A stretch of 62,792 nucleotides of DNA, counting the filler, from Chiloscyllium plagiosum (Eukaryota), in NCBI RefSeq assembly GCF_004010195.1. It is 6 parts of one record of this genome, joined end to end, with 100 filler letters (N's around TTAATTAATTAA, not from the genome) between each part and the next. Parts side by side here need not be neighbours in the genome. Positions count along the whole stretch, not along the records: positions 1 to 15,119 come from NC_057713.1; 5 more parts are not named here. One strand, 5' to 3'. A model generated the notes under the pieces. The model ran no database searches. It worked only from the letters and a program-made list of their open reading frames with translations, and was not told the origin of the DNA. Positions 1 through 12,619 of the stretch are shown here, in pieces (position 1 is the first letter of the stretch; each line of letters starts with the position of its first letter). The translations under genes were made by a program, and so were the position numbers.

Positions 1-265
1 GACTTGTCCGACCTGCCTATCTCCTTTTCCACCTATCCACTCCACCCTCTCCTCCCTGACCTATCACCTTCATCCCCTCCCCCACTCACCCATTGTACTC
101 TATGCTACTTTCTCCCCACCCCCACCCTCCTCTAGCTTATCTCTCCACGCTTCAGGCTCACTGCCTTTATTCCTGATGAAGGGCTTTTGCCCGAAACGTC
201 GATTTCGAAGAGCCTTGGATGCTGCCTGAACTGCTGTGCTCTTCCAGCACCGCTAATCCAGAATC
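1..265 (+). mobile_element. Penelope-like element terminal fragment with hammerhead core
   Basis: C-rich tract, then CTGATGA-A-GGGC-TTTT-GCCC-GAAACGTC (173-200) and ggatgctgcctgaactgctgtgctcttccagcacc, shared with other PLE copies in the window. Confidence 0.8.
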
Positions 266-1340
266 CTTGGACTCCACGCACAACTTCCCAATGCTCTCCT
301 TGATTGGTCTTAATCTTTCTCTATTCATTCTCTTATTCCTGATATGCCTAGAGAAAGCTTTAGGGTTTTCTTTGATCCTGTCTGCCAATGACTTCTCTTG
401 TTCCCTCCTGGCTCCTCTTAGCTCTCTCTTTAGATCTTTTCTGGATAACTTGTAACTTTTAAGCACAGTAACTGAGCCTTCATGTCTCATCCTAACCAAA
501 GCCTACTTCCTCTTGACGAGATTCAACTTCTTTAGTAGACGCAGCTCCCTTGCTCGACTTCTTCCTCCCTACCTGACAGGTACATAGTTAAAAAGGACAT
601 GCAGTAGCTGTTCCTTGAATAAGCTCCACATTTCAGTTGTGCCCATCCCCTGCAGTTTCCTTACCCATCCTATGCATCCTAAATCTTGCCTCATCTGACC
701 ATAATTGCCTTTCCCCCAGCAATAACTCTTGCCCTGTGTTCTATACCTTTCTCTTTCCATCACTAAAGTAAACATAACCGAATTGTGGTCACTATCACCA
801 AAGTGCTCACCAACTCCAAATCTAACACCTGGCCCGTTTCATTAACCAGTACCAAATCCAATGTGGCCTTGCCCCTTATAGGTTTGTCAACATACTGTCT
901 CAGGAAACCATCCTACACACATTAGACAAAAGCTGACCCATCTAAAGTACTCGAACCATAGTATTCTCAGTCAATATTTGGAAAGTTAAAATCCTCCATA
1001 ACAACTACACCGTACTCTCGCTGCTATTGAGGATCATCATCGTTATCCTTTCCTCTACATGTCTGGAACTATTTGGAGGTCTATCGAAAACTCACATCAG
1101 GGTGACCACTCCTTTCCTGTTTTTTACCTCAGCCCATATAACCTTAGTCGACTCGTTCTCAAACGTCCTTTCTGCCACCGTAATATTGTCCTTGACGAAC
1201 AATGCCACACCTCCCCCTCTTTTACCATCTTCTCTGTTCTTAGTGAAACATCTAAATCCCAGAACCTGCAACAACCATTCCTGTCCCTGCTCTATCCATA
1301 TCTCCGAACTGGCCACAATATTGAAGTCCCAGGTACTCTG
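266..1340 (-). mobile_element. CR1-type LINE ORF2 fragment (endonuclease/linker)
   Basis: Minus-strand ORFs give GKRGGGVALFVK, VIWAEVKNRKG and IKENPKAF, typical of CR1 ORF2; frameshifted. Confidence 0.85.
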
Positions 1341-2164
1341 GTTCAGATCCTTCCTGGGCCTCATTGCTTCCGGTCTTTGTAACCTTCTTTGCAATCCATT
1401 CAAAATCTGTCTGCTTCACTTCTAGCCTCCGATACATGTCGACTTCCTTTCTACCATGACCAGCTGCTGCACTTTCCAGCGCTGAGGACCTAAGCTCTGG
1501 AAATTCCCCTCAAAACAAACACATTCATCCTCCTTTTCAAATTTTTCTTAAAGTCCACCTGTCACTTGTGCTAATCTCTCCTACTGTACTGTAGCTTGGT
1601 GTCAGTTATTGTTTTGTAACCCTCCTGTGAAGCACCTTTGAACATTTTGCTTTATTAAATGATATCTGTAATAGAATATTCTTGCTACACTTGTATTGAA
1701 CTAAGCATATTCTCCTGCTTTACAACCAGTGAATTCTCTTTAAAGTAAAGACACTTTTTTGTGGGTTCAAGTAGCATCCTGTTGACTTGAATCCAAAATC
1801 TGGCATATGTAAAATACTACATTACAACAGGTATCATCCTCAGATGAGACTTAAAACTGAGGCTTCGTCTTACCAGGTTAATATAAAAGATCCCATGACA
1901 CTACGTTTTTTAGATAAGCAAGAGAGTTGCCCATTATCTTGGTCAATATTTATCCCTCAAATGATTTCAGGAAAATAGATGATCTTATTATCAAAATTGC
2001 TTTCTATGGACTTCAGATGCTGAAAATCTGAAGTAAAATAAAAATACACTGGAAATATGACTTCTCAGATGGTGCCTATGGAGCCAAAGCTTGAATTAAT
2101 ATTTCATTAGAACTGCAGACGTCCAGGCCCAGATCACCAGTTCTTCCCAAGTAGACTTTTCTGA

Positions 2165-2745
2165 GGAGGCAGTGATGTACTGATGTAGTGCTTGGGTCAT
2201 TTGACGATTAATTTGGAACCTCAGCCTTGTGTTCTGGGATGTGGGTTCACATCCCTAGTGGCAGATGAAATTTGAATTAATCAAAAATCTGGTGTTAAGC
2301 TAGCTACATGGTAACATCTAGCTGTTTAAAGTTGTCAAAAATCCATCTGGTTCACTCATCCGTAGAGAAGGTCTGATCTCTGCGTGGATGTGGACCCCCT
2401 AGCCTCTGCGTGGATACAGACGCCCGGCCTCAAGGTGAAGCCTGGTGCGGTCTCGCTTGAAAGGACTGGTATTCTGAACTCTAACTTCTCTATTTTTCTA
2501 ATTTATTGCTGGACTTTTTATTTCTTTATTTTTTCAAAATTTTTTCCCTCAGAATTTGTACTTTGGTTAGGGTTAGGTGCCTTGGTACCTAAGATGGCAT
2601 TGTGAGTTGCAACTTCACTTGAGTACATGTGACAATAAAGCTAATTGTAATTCTAATTCACTGAGGTTGACTTTGAAATGCCCTGTTAGGGATTGACAAT
2701 AAATGCTGGCCTGGCCAGCAACATCCACGTCCCATGAACAAAACA
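2165..2745 (+). mobile_element. Old SINE (related copy at 52783-53115) interrupted at about 2362-2655 by an insert with a Rex1-like tail
   Basis: Shares ggcagatg..aatttg..aatctgg and tgctggcctgg blocks with 52783-53115. The inner segment ends agtacatgtgacaataa, as does the element at 57170 (reverse complement). Confidence 0.5.
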
Positions 2746-4828
2746 ATTCAGCATGTATAGTATATCCCTAAGATATTACTTTGTGAAGGAAATTCTGATC
2801 TGCTTTTAAATATAAGTTATTGAAATGAATGGTATTGAGCATTTAAGGGGAAACTAGCGAATCAGATAAGAGGGGAAGCAATAGTTAGGATGGTGGATTC
2901 AAATGAGAAAATAGGAGAGGAAGCTCGAGTGGACCATAAATACCAGCATTAACAGGCTGGGTCAAATGGCCGGTGGCTGTGCCATGTATTCTGTATAATG
3001 TAAACCTATGTAATTATTTGCTTACACTGTCCTTTGTTTTAAGGAATTGTGCACAGTCTGGACTGCAAATAGGCTCATCTCCCTTCATTGGTAATGATGT
3101 TTAATATCAACAAATGTACCTGCAAGTGCCTAATCAGGATACTTCTGTCATCAAGGTTGACTTTTTCTTGCCTGTCATTTTTTATATGCGGCATGAATAA
3201 TGCTATGGACTACTTTTTTCTCGCATTCATTTCATTCACATTCACGTGCAGCTTGGAAACTCTTACAGTGAAGTGATTAGTCATTGCAGGGTTTTGCTAG
3301 CTTGTGGATCCAGACAATGTGAAATCAAGCTTCTACCACGGCAAATTGAGAATTTGAACTCTGTCACAAAAATGTGGGATTACAAATTGATATCAATAAA
3401 AGTGAACTTGCTAAGTAATTGTTGTACTAAGTAATTTAGGAAATGCAGCAGCCAATTTGTGCACAGCAAGATGTCACAGAAGTTTGGCAGTAATGAGATA
3501 ATTGGTGTTAGTCATTTTGGTGAAGAAGTAAATGTTTAGTCTGGGATACAGGATAATCTCCCTTGCTCTTCTCATAGTGCCACACGATCTTTCGCATCTG
3601 CTACAGATGGCAGATTGTTTGTTTGTCATGACATCTACAAGGTAGCAACTCTAATAATGTCGCACCCCCTCAATGATGCACAGCCTGTCAGCATAGATTT
3701 GTATTGCGACTGGAATATCAGCCATTTGACTCGGACATTTGCTACCAACTGAACCACAGCAAATATCCAAGATGAATGTAGATCTTTGTGAGTGACTGCA
3801 TTTTGAGAGATATTCCATGTGGCAATTGGATGTTTGCTCGCTCATTTCGGAAGGCAGCTAATCGAGCACATTGATTTGAAACTGTTTTAATTTTAAGTTT
3901 GAATTTGCAGAAAGCATATACAGTTGTGAAAGCATTTTATGTTTGACCACCTGTAATTTTTGGTGCTTTAACAATATACCAAAATAAATACAGAATCTGA
4001 AAGGGTCTGTCCAATGGAGTTTTTGTCAGTTGAATCTGAAACTAGGAACTCCATTAATACAAAAATTTAAAACATTATGAGTTGGTGGGGGAATTTGGGG
4101 CATCTGTGGTACTGAGGCTGGGCTCCAGCAGCTGATTGGTTAGATTTGTGCAACAGTGAATCTTGCTTGGTCTCGTCTCAGACAATCTGGATGTGTGGAA
4201 TGTTGAGAATCTCCTCAATCCATTTGCTGAATCATTTAATTAATCATTTTGCGTGAGAGAGAGAGAGAGGAGAGCGCAAAGGCAGAGGATAATATGCTGA
4301 GAAGATGCAGATGGGGTAAGTTAAATCAAAGCAGTCCTCTTCAGACTTGCTACTCTCGCTGTTGTATCTGTTTGGTATTTGTTCTGTCCTGAAAAATACT
4401 TAGAATTTCTACACCCTGACCCAGTAATATCAGATTCTGCTGAGCAGTTCAAAGCTCTTTCTGTTCTGTGTCCGTTTTACACTGAAACTATTTTCTTTAG
4501 CCCCCTGCTATTCTTTATTTCCTCCTTTCTTACTGTATTTTTGCTTTCCTTGTATATTTTGCATTTCCATACTGATGATTCAATCCTTTTCCACTTTTCT
4601 TACAGCCTATGTCTGTTCGTATAGTTAGATAGGTTATTGGTCATACAATGAAGGACTGTGGACATCACTTTCCATAAAATGGAAGCAATAGGTTATACAG
4701 TTTGAGGGGCGCCACTCATCAAGTGTGTGGCAAGCCAAAAAGACAGGCTTCTATGAACTGTCTCAGGTGGAATAGAATCTGCACCATTTGAATTGATCTG
4801 CATTACTTTCTAGCCAACTAACTGATCC

Positions 4829-5056
4829 TTGAACCTCTTTCCCCCCAGTCTGACCTATCACCCTCACCTTGACCTCTTTCCACCTATCGCATTTCCAACG
4901 CCCCTCCCCCAAGTCCCTCCTCCCTACCTTTTATCTTAGCCTGCTGGACACACTTTCCTCATTCCTGACGACAGGCCTATGCCCGAAACATCGATTCTCC
5001 TGTTCCCTGGATGCTGCCTGACCTGCTGCGCTGTTCCAGCAACACATTTTCAGCAG
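4829..5056 (+). mobile_element. Penelope-like terminal fragment, degenerate hammerhead
   Basis: ctgacgacaggcctatgcccgaaacatc followed by ggatgctgcctgacctgctgcg; possible TSD taactgatcc/taaccgatcc. Confidence 0.75.
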
Positions 5057-5117
5057 TAACCGATCCCCACCATGTCTCTATATGGGTTTATTGATTAGGA
5101 AGATTCAGCATGGATTT

Positions 5118-6760
5118 AGAACCATAGTGCCAATAGCACAGCACCAGATCCTTTGGCCCATCAAAAATAACCACCTAACTATTCTAATCCTCTTTTCCAG
5201 CTCAAATGCATATCTAAATACTGCTTAAATGTTCAAGATTTCTGCCACTATCTCCCTTTTTGTAGATATTGAGTTCCAGATTCCTACTATCGTCTGGGTG
5301 AAAAAGGTTTTATTTTCATATCTCCTCTAAAGCTTCTATTCCTTACCTTAAATCTATGCCCCTGTTTATTGATGCCTCCATCAAGGGGGGAGATGTTTCT
5401 TCCTGTATACCCTATCTCTGTCTGCCATAATGTTAACCATCTCAATCATGTCCCCTCTCCATCTCCTCTGTTCACAGAAAAGCGACCTCCAATCTCTCTT
5501 CAAATTAAGGGGGGTTAGGTATAGGACAGATGTTAGGGGTAGGTTCTTTACTCAGCGAGTCGTGAGTTCATGGAATGCCCTGCCAGTAGCAGTGGTGGAC
5601 TCTCCCTCATTATGGGCATTTAAGTGGGCATTGGATAGGCATATGGAGGATAGTGTGCTAGTGCAGGTTAGGTGGGCTTGGATCGGCGCAACATCGAGGG
5701 CCGAAGGGCCTGTACTGCGTTGTATTCTTCTATGTTCTATGTTCTATGTTCATAACTGTAAGTCTCAAGCCCGTGCCTGCCCAAGTAAATCTCCTCTGCA
5801 CCCCCTCTCCAGTGTTATCACATTTCCCCAAAATGTAGATACCAGAACTGCACACACTACTGTAGCTGCGGCCTAGCCAACATTTTACACAGTTCCAACA
5901 TAACACCCCTGATCTTAAACTCTATGCCTCAACTAATAAAATCAAGTTTGCCATATGCTGTATTAACCATTTTGTCCACCTCTCCTGATACTTGAGACTA
6001 ATGTGCAGGCACATCAAGGTCTCTCTGATCCTTAGTGTTTCCCAGATCCTGCAGTTCATCATGTACTCCCTTGTCGTGTTTGTCATGCCCATATTTATTA
6101 CGTTATATTTATCCCAATGGAATTTGATTTGCCATTGATCAGCTGATCTAACCACCCTGTCTAGATCCACCTGTATTCTAAGGCTATTCTTCTCACTATT
6201 TATCATCCTATGAATGTTTGTATTGTCTACAAATTTACAGATCAACCCTCCTACATTCAAGTCTAAATCATTTATGTAACTCACAAACAGCAAGGCCCTT
6301 CACACTTACCATTGTGGGATCCAACTTGACAGTCTTCCAGTCAGGAAAACATGCCTCAACCAAACCCTCTGCTTCTTTCCACTCAGCGAATTATAGATTC
6401 AATTTGCTGAATTTTCTCAGATTTTCTCAGAGGCTGTTACCTCTGTTCTCTGTCTCCTATGGAGACCTTTATCAAAAGTCTTGCTCAAGTCCAAATGTAT
6501 TGCCCTCATCTACATACCTGGTCACCTCTTTGAAAAATTCAGTCAAGTTGTCCAGACATAACCTTCCCTAAATAAAACCATGCTGACTGTTCTTGATTAA
6601 TTCCTGCCTCTCCAAATGAAGATTAATTCTGTCCCTCATTATTGCTTCCAGTAATTTCCCCACCACAGAGGTTAGACTGACTGACTTGTTTCTTAGTTTA
6701 TCCTTTGCTCACTGCTTGACTAACAGTACTACCATTATTGCCAATATCCCACGTATCACC
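5118..6760 (-). mobile_element. Degraded CR1 LINE with a nested + strand CR1 3' end (about 5500-5750)
   Basis: Minus-strand YINDLD..GGLICKFVDNT (RT). Nested piece encodes FFTQRVVSSWNALP and ends in (ttctatg)n. Confidence 0.75.
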
Positions 6761-6954
6761 GTTCAGATCTTCTGATTTCTCTTTTAAGTTGCTGTTTCCA
6801 TAGTTTATACTTATCAAAGGCTTCTGCTGTTTTGAGCCCTTGGTGTCTGCCAGAAGCCTCCCTTTCTTTCTCTTATTCCGTGTTGTATGTCCCTTGATAT
6901 CCACGGTTCACAGGAGTTGACAGTCCCATCCTTTTTCTTTATTGGAACATATTT

Positions 6955-8170
6955 GTTGAAAGGAAAATCATGTTTACCTAACTTGCTGGAGGTTTTTGAA
7001 GAGGTAACAGAAAAACAGATGGTAAGGCTGTGCCACATAACAGACTTGAGGAAAGTTTTCTAAGTCATGATATAAAAGGGTCAGTTTCAACATGGATACA
7101 AACTTGGCTCAATGATAGGAAATGGTCAATGTATGTTTTTCAGAATGGAAGAAGGTTTGGCATGGAGTCCCCCTGGTTTTGGTTTTGGGATCTTTCCTTT
7201 TCCTGATAAGTATTAATGACCTAAACTTTAGTATACAGTGGGCAATTTCAAACTTTGAAGATGACACAAGAATTTTAAGCTGTGAGGAGGACATTGTAGA
7301 ACTCGAAAAGGACTTAGTCAGGTAGGTGGAGAGGACAAATACATGACAGATGAATTTCAGTTCAGAGAAGTATGAGCTGATGCATTTTGGTAGAAAAAAC
7401 TTTAAAGGACAATATAAACTAGGACATGCAATTCTAAAGCGCTGCCAGAGCAGAGGGACCTGAGTGCATATGTGCACAGATCATTTAAGGTGGTAGGGCA
7501 GGTGGAGAGAGCAATAAGGAAAGCATACAATATCGTCAGCTTTATTAATCTCAGTACGGAGTATAAGAGAAGGGTCATGATGAACTTGTGTAAGACACTT
7601 ATTTGACCTCCGCTGGAATGTTGTGTTCTGTTCTGTGTGCCACATTAGAGAAAGGATATAAATGCATTTGAGGGAGTGCAGAAGCAATTTACAAGAATGG
7701 TTCTAGGGATGATAATCTTCAGTTACAGTTACGGCAATAGATCAAAGAAATTCGGACAGTTTTGTTTGGAGAGAAGTTAAGAAGTGATCTGATAGAGGTT
7801 TTCAAATCATAAGTTGATTGAATAGAGTTGATGAGGGATAACTTCTGTTTGTAACAGGAGCTAGACAAAAGGGCATAATTTCAAATGGTTTGCGAAAAAA
7901 AACAACAAAGATGATCTGAAAAAAAAGACATTTTCCCTCAGCAAGTAGTAAAGTTGTGGAATGCATTGTCTGGAAATGTGGAGAGGCAGGTTCAATTGAG
8001 ATATTCAAGAGGGCATTGGACAATTATTTGGATAAAAATAATGTGCAAGCATATGGGGAAAAGGCAACAGATTAGTAGCAGGCAATGATTCTCATTTGAA
8101 GAGCCAGTGCAGAGACAATGGCCAAAACAGCTCGCTCTGCACAGTAAGATTTCCGTGATTCTGTGATGTA
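6955..8170 (+). mobile_element. Degraded CR1 LINE RT to 3' end
   Basis: GKSCLPNLLEVFEEV, GVP.V.VLG..INDL..SNFEDDT and CR1 3' motifs. Confidence 0.8.
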
Positions 8171-8327
8171 AGACTTTGTCAAATCCCCCCTTCCCAATTA
8201 CTTTCCAAAGCCTTGTGCCACAATAATGTTTTGGTCCTGTGCCTGGCCTAAACTTTAAGTGGCATTGAGCAATCATTTGAGTCCATTGGTTAAAGTCAAC
8301 CCATTCCCCTCTCCTGCATGTTGAGGA

Positions 8328-8880
8328 GGGGAAAGTGAGGACTGCAGATATTGGAGATCAGAGTCGAGAGTGTGGTGCTGGTAAAGCGCAGCAGGTCAGG
8401 CAGCATCCGAGGTGCAGGAGAACAGATATTTCGGGCATAAACCCTTCATCAGGAATGAAGCTTGTAGGCCAGTGGGGTTGAAAGATAAATGGGAGGGGAT
8501 GGGGTTGGGGGAAGTTAGCTGCGAATGCGATAGGTGGATGAAGGTGATAGGTCGGAGGGGGTGTGGGTTGAAGGGATAGATGGGAAAAATGATGGACGGG
8601 TCAGGAGGGTGGTGCCAGTTTGAAGGCTTGGGACTGGGATAATGTCGGGGGTGGGGGGCAAATGAGGAAACTGTTGAAATCCACATTGATGCCGTGTGGT
8701 TGCAGGGTCCCAAAGCAGAATATAAGGCATTCTTCCTCCAGACGTTGGGTGGTAATGGTTTGGTGATGGAGGAGGCCCTGGACCTGCATTTCCTTGACTG
8801 AGTGGAAGGGGGAGTAGAAGTGTTCAGCCATGCAGCAGTGAGGTTGGTGGTTGTGGTGTCCCAGAGATGTTCTCTGAAAT
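8328..8880 (-). mobile_element. Penelope-like element 3' fragment: GIY-YIG C-terminus plus terminal repeat
   Basis: Minus-strand QRLEEECLIFCFGTLQPHGIN; hammerhead core on the minus strand at 8425-8452; tail gaaagtgaggactgcaga. Confidence 0.85.
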
Positions 8881-9183
8881 GGATATCGAGGGATAAGGAT
8901 CAAGTAGGGTTGAGGTTCAGATCGCACATGATGAACTAGAACAGCAGAGCAGACTCAAGGGCATGGATGGCTATTTTGCTTATGAAGGGAGATTGTGGAT
9001 GCAGGTAGCATTGGGAAATTCAAGAGGGCATTAGATGGATGTTTGTTCGAGGTAGAGAGTAAGGGAATTTGGAAGATAGTGCAGCATATCTGAATTTTGG
9101 ATTCAGTTAAATGGGCTGGAATTCTTATGTTCTCCAACAATCAAAGCCTTCTAGAGACTGACCAAATATATTACAATTATGTG

Positions 9184-9354
9184 GAGGTGCCAGTGTTGAA
9201 CTGGGGTGGACAAAGTTAAAACTCAGACAGCACCAGGTTATAGTCAAACAGATTCATTTGGATGTATTCTGCGCCACTAGCTACCTGACGCAGGAGCACC
9301 TCTCTGAAAGCTGGTACTTCCAAATAAAACTGTTGGACTATAATCTGGTGTTGT
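9184..9354. mobile_element. Inverted-repeat PLE-derived element of another family
   Basis: Arms acagcaccaggttatagtcaaacag and ctgttggactataatctggtgttgt; decayed core CTGACGC..GAAAGCTG at 9285-9313. Confidence 0.6.
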
Positions 9355-11816
9355 CATATTAGAATTAGTGCAGGAGTGTTGTCTTTCTCAACCTCTTAAT
9401 GATATAAACAGTGGGGAAGAGAAGAACTAGGCACAGCAGGTGAGTGGCAAAGTGTACAACTACATATTTTAACATATGTTTTGATGTGGTTAGGAGGGAG
9501 GTAACAGGATTATATTTGAGTCGATGTTAATGAAAGGAAACTGATATAAAGTATCGTATTTGAGCATGATCGTATCTTTTAACTGCTGAGCAATTCACAT
9601 AATTTGGTCATGAATTTCTCCGGTAGCTGCACAATATCCATTTGCAGGACTTTACTGTGTGCCTGCGTGTGGTGTGTGGTGGACAAAAGCTGCGATTGTT
9701 TAATCTACTTGCATGACTCCATCAGAAGGTTGTGTGTTCAAGCCTCACTGCAGAGACATGAACATATATTTGCAAGCTGACATTATACCATTGCGGGTGC
9801 TCTCTTTCAGATGAGATACTAAACTAGCTCTGTCCTCTCAGGTGGAAATAAATTATTCTATTGTTGGTATCCAGGCTAATGTTTGCCCTAAGCATCATTG
9901 TTGTAAATGCTCTAATTATTTATGATGTAAATTAGAAGCTGCATTTTATCTATTAAAGAAATGCCTAAGCTGGCTTTGGGACATCCGGACATTGTGAAAT
10001 ACTAGTTCATTCGTATTGAGGGTGTTCCAGAAGATCTGCTACCTCTTGTTCTAATTTCACTCAAACATCTTGGTTTTTTTTTACTATTGGCAATTGAAGT
10101 GTTGTAAGTTTGCTTCCCCTCTCATCTGTTCTACTATTGGGAAACAAGAAATGTTATTGCAGAACATGGTTAATAAACATGTGCCAATCTTTCACTCTTA
10201 CTTACTTTCCTCTGATATTGTAGCTTTTAAAGTGGAAGCAAATGTGTCTTGGTTGCAGTTTAATGTATCACTGCCAGTGTAACTGGCTCGGGAATGCTTG
10301 TAGTGAAAGTAACAACTTTTGCCTCTCCTCTATCAAATATACTCTGGTGGCTACACTACTCAGATGTGCCAAGGCAAAGAATCTTGGTGGCCTATTTATT
10401 CATGAAGGCCATAACAAAATCTGATGTGTGGTCCTTGTACCTGTGTATTGATTAGCTTTTTACAAAACAAAAATCAAGCTCTGATCTTTGTCCCTTTTTT
10501 CCTTTTGTTAATTTCCCTTTGTTTTCCTCTTCCTTTCACCACTACTTTTGCTTTTCTCTTTTTTTTTCCTCTCCTTTGCTCTCCTCCTTTTTTCCTTTCC
10601 CATATAAAACCATCTTTTAGATAAAGCCTTCTACTGAATCTCTGATCTACTTACTTGTAATTTTGCTCTTAAATACAGTGAAACTGACACTAAGCTTCCA
10701 CGGTGGAAAAATTAGTGCTGTACTAGACTAACAACAGAAAAATTCTCAGAAATCAAAACAAATTTTAGTACCAAGTTTCCTGCTGTACGATATCTGGCCT
10801 TTGGTACAAACCCTTTTCTTTGTTTCAAGGAGAGATAGACACAAGTATCCGAGTCCAAGAGGGTTAAGGGAGTGGGGTGTAGTGGATTAGTCATGAAACA
10901 AGTTTAGTTTCCTCACCATAGAGGAGCAAATCATGCAATCACCTATTTGATATTACAGGATTAGTCTGTTCATCTGTCGTTCCTGGATCCATCAAAGATG
11001 GTTTGTACATGGAGAGAAAGTGAGAGAGCAGTTTTGTTTTAATTATCACAAGAGGAAGGATGGTTTCAAGGTCAGACCTGAATTAAAATTAGTGCTGTAC
11101 AAGTTACATATGTTGTGTCTGCCATTATATGTACTTGTACTGTTAATGCAATGAAGTCTCTGTCATCTTAATTACACAAGCATTCAAAAAGTGTGATTAA
11201 TATCATACATATGTCTGCACTGGCTGATCTGTGTTTGTTCCCTTGGACTCAAATGTATATGCAAGTTCTTCTTTATTTAAAAGTTGTTGCTATTTTATTC
11301 TGCTCTATTCCAAAGACAAAGGTTGATTCAGTATTTGCACAACTTCAGTTTAGAAGTTCTGGAGACAGAGCTGTGGGTAAGGTACTTTTGTGTAGATTTC
11401 CACAGATGGATAAGGCTTGCTTTTAGGAACTGCAGGAACACCAATCTTTGCTGGTGGTGTCATGGTTACCAGTTTCCTCACCCAGATTACCATGCTTGAG
11501 ATTATAAAACAGGACAGTGCGTGTTACCTGTTCATTCCAACCCTTGGCAATACGTTATCACAGATTCAATGAAAAAAATTGGGAGATTTAATCATTTGAC
11601 TACATCGAAGTTTTTACTTTGTTAATCATTTGACTTAAAGATGTGAATAAAATTTAGATGAATCAAATTAAGTTGTTAGCTTGTGTCATCTGTCATCAAG
11701 AAGTCATGAGATTGATATTTCATCTGTATATTGTGACATAACAGTTCTGAGAAGGTATATGTTAGTATCTCATGTTCTCCCTAACACTTAACACCCTGGA
11801 CAGTATCAAATTGAAG

Positions 11817-12036
11817 CTGAAAATGTGTTGCTGGAAAAGCGCAGCAGGTCAGGCAGCATCCAAGGAGCAGGAGAATCGACGTTTCGGGTGTGAGCCCTTC
11901 TTCAGGAAGGGCTCATGCCCGAAACGTTGATACTCTTGCTCTTTGGATACTGCCTGACCTGCGTTTTTCCAGCAACACATTTTCAGCTCTTATCTCCAGC
12001 ATCTGTGGCCCTCACTTTCTCCCAGAAGACTTTTTC
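11817..12036 (+). mobile_element. PLE hairpin mini-insertion
   Basis: Two inverted PLE termini; TSD tcaaattgaag (11806-16 / 12037-47); tail ccagcatctgtggccctcactttctc. Confidence 0.8.
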
Positions 12037-12619
12037 TCAAATTGAAGGCCAAGCTAAACTGGAATTATCTAGGATTTACTTCATCTTGACTCATTTGGTA
12101 AAACTTGGCAAGTTATTAATTCAAGCTCTGATGTCATAATCCTCAGAGTTTCAGATCCCATTCTTTTAGATAACATCTTGTCTGTATGTTCAGTTTTATT
12201 GCAATTACATTCTCACAGAACATGCTGATCAATTTTACTGAGACCAACTTAAGTTTGCACCAAAGTGTGTCCTACCTTGTGGAAGGGGTGTTGCAATAAA
12301 ATGTTGTTTCCTGTTAGCACCCAGGACAATGCTGAAGTCAGGAGTATAAAACAGAACTTTTGAAGGAAGAAATTGAGCCTTTATTCTCAGTCTGGAATAT
12401 ACGCGGACCACATTATAACACTGCTTTAATTAAAGATAACTTATTTTCCCCCAATAAAAGCTTAAACTATTTTAAATCTCTCTTGGAACCATGAGACCAT
12501 ACACTATATGTGAATTGTTCATTGAGAAAATATCAAAATCAATGTAACTCTCCACCTAGCAGCCTGATAGTCTGCTATCTCCATCGCAATTGTATCTCCA
12601 ATCAGTCTCATTTATTAGT

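Noticed and set aside
9370..9445. Strong donor cag|gtgagt at about 9440
   Set aside because: No convincing acceptor or NBEAL2-like peptide upstream.
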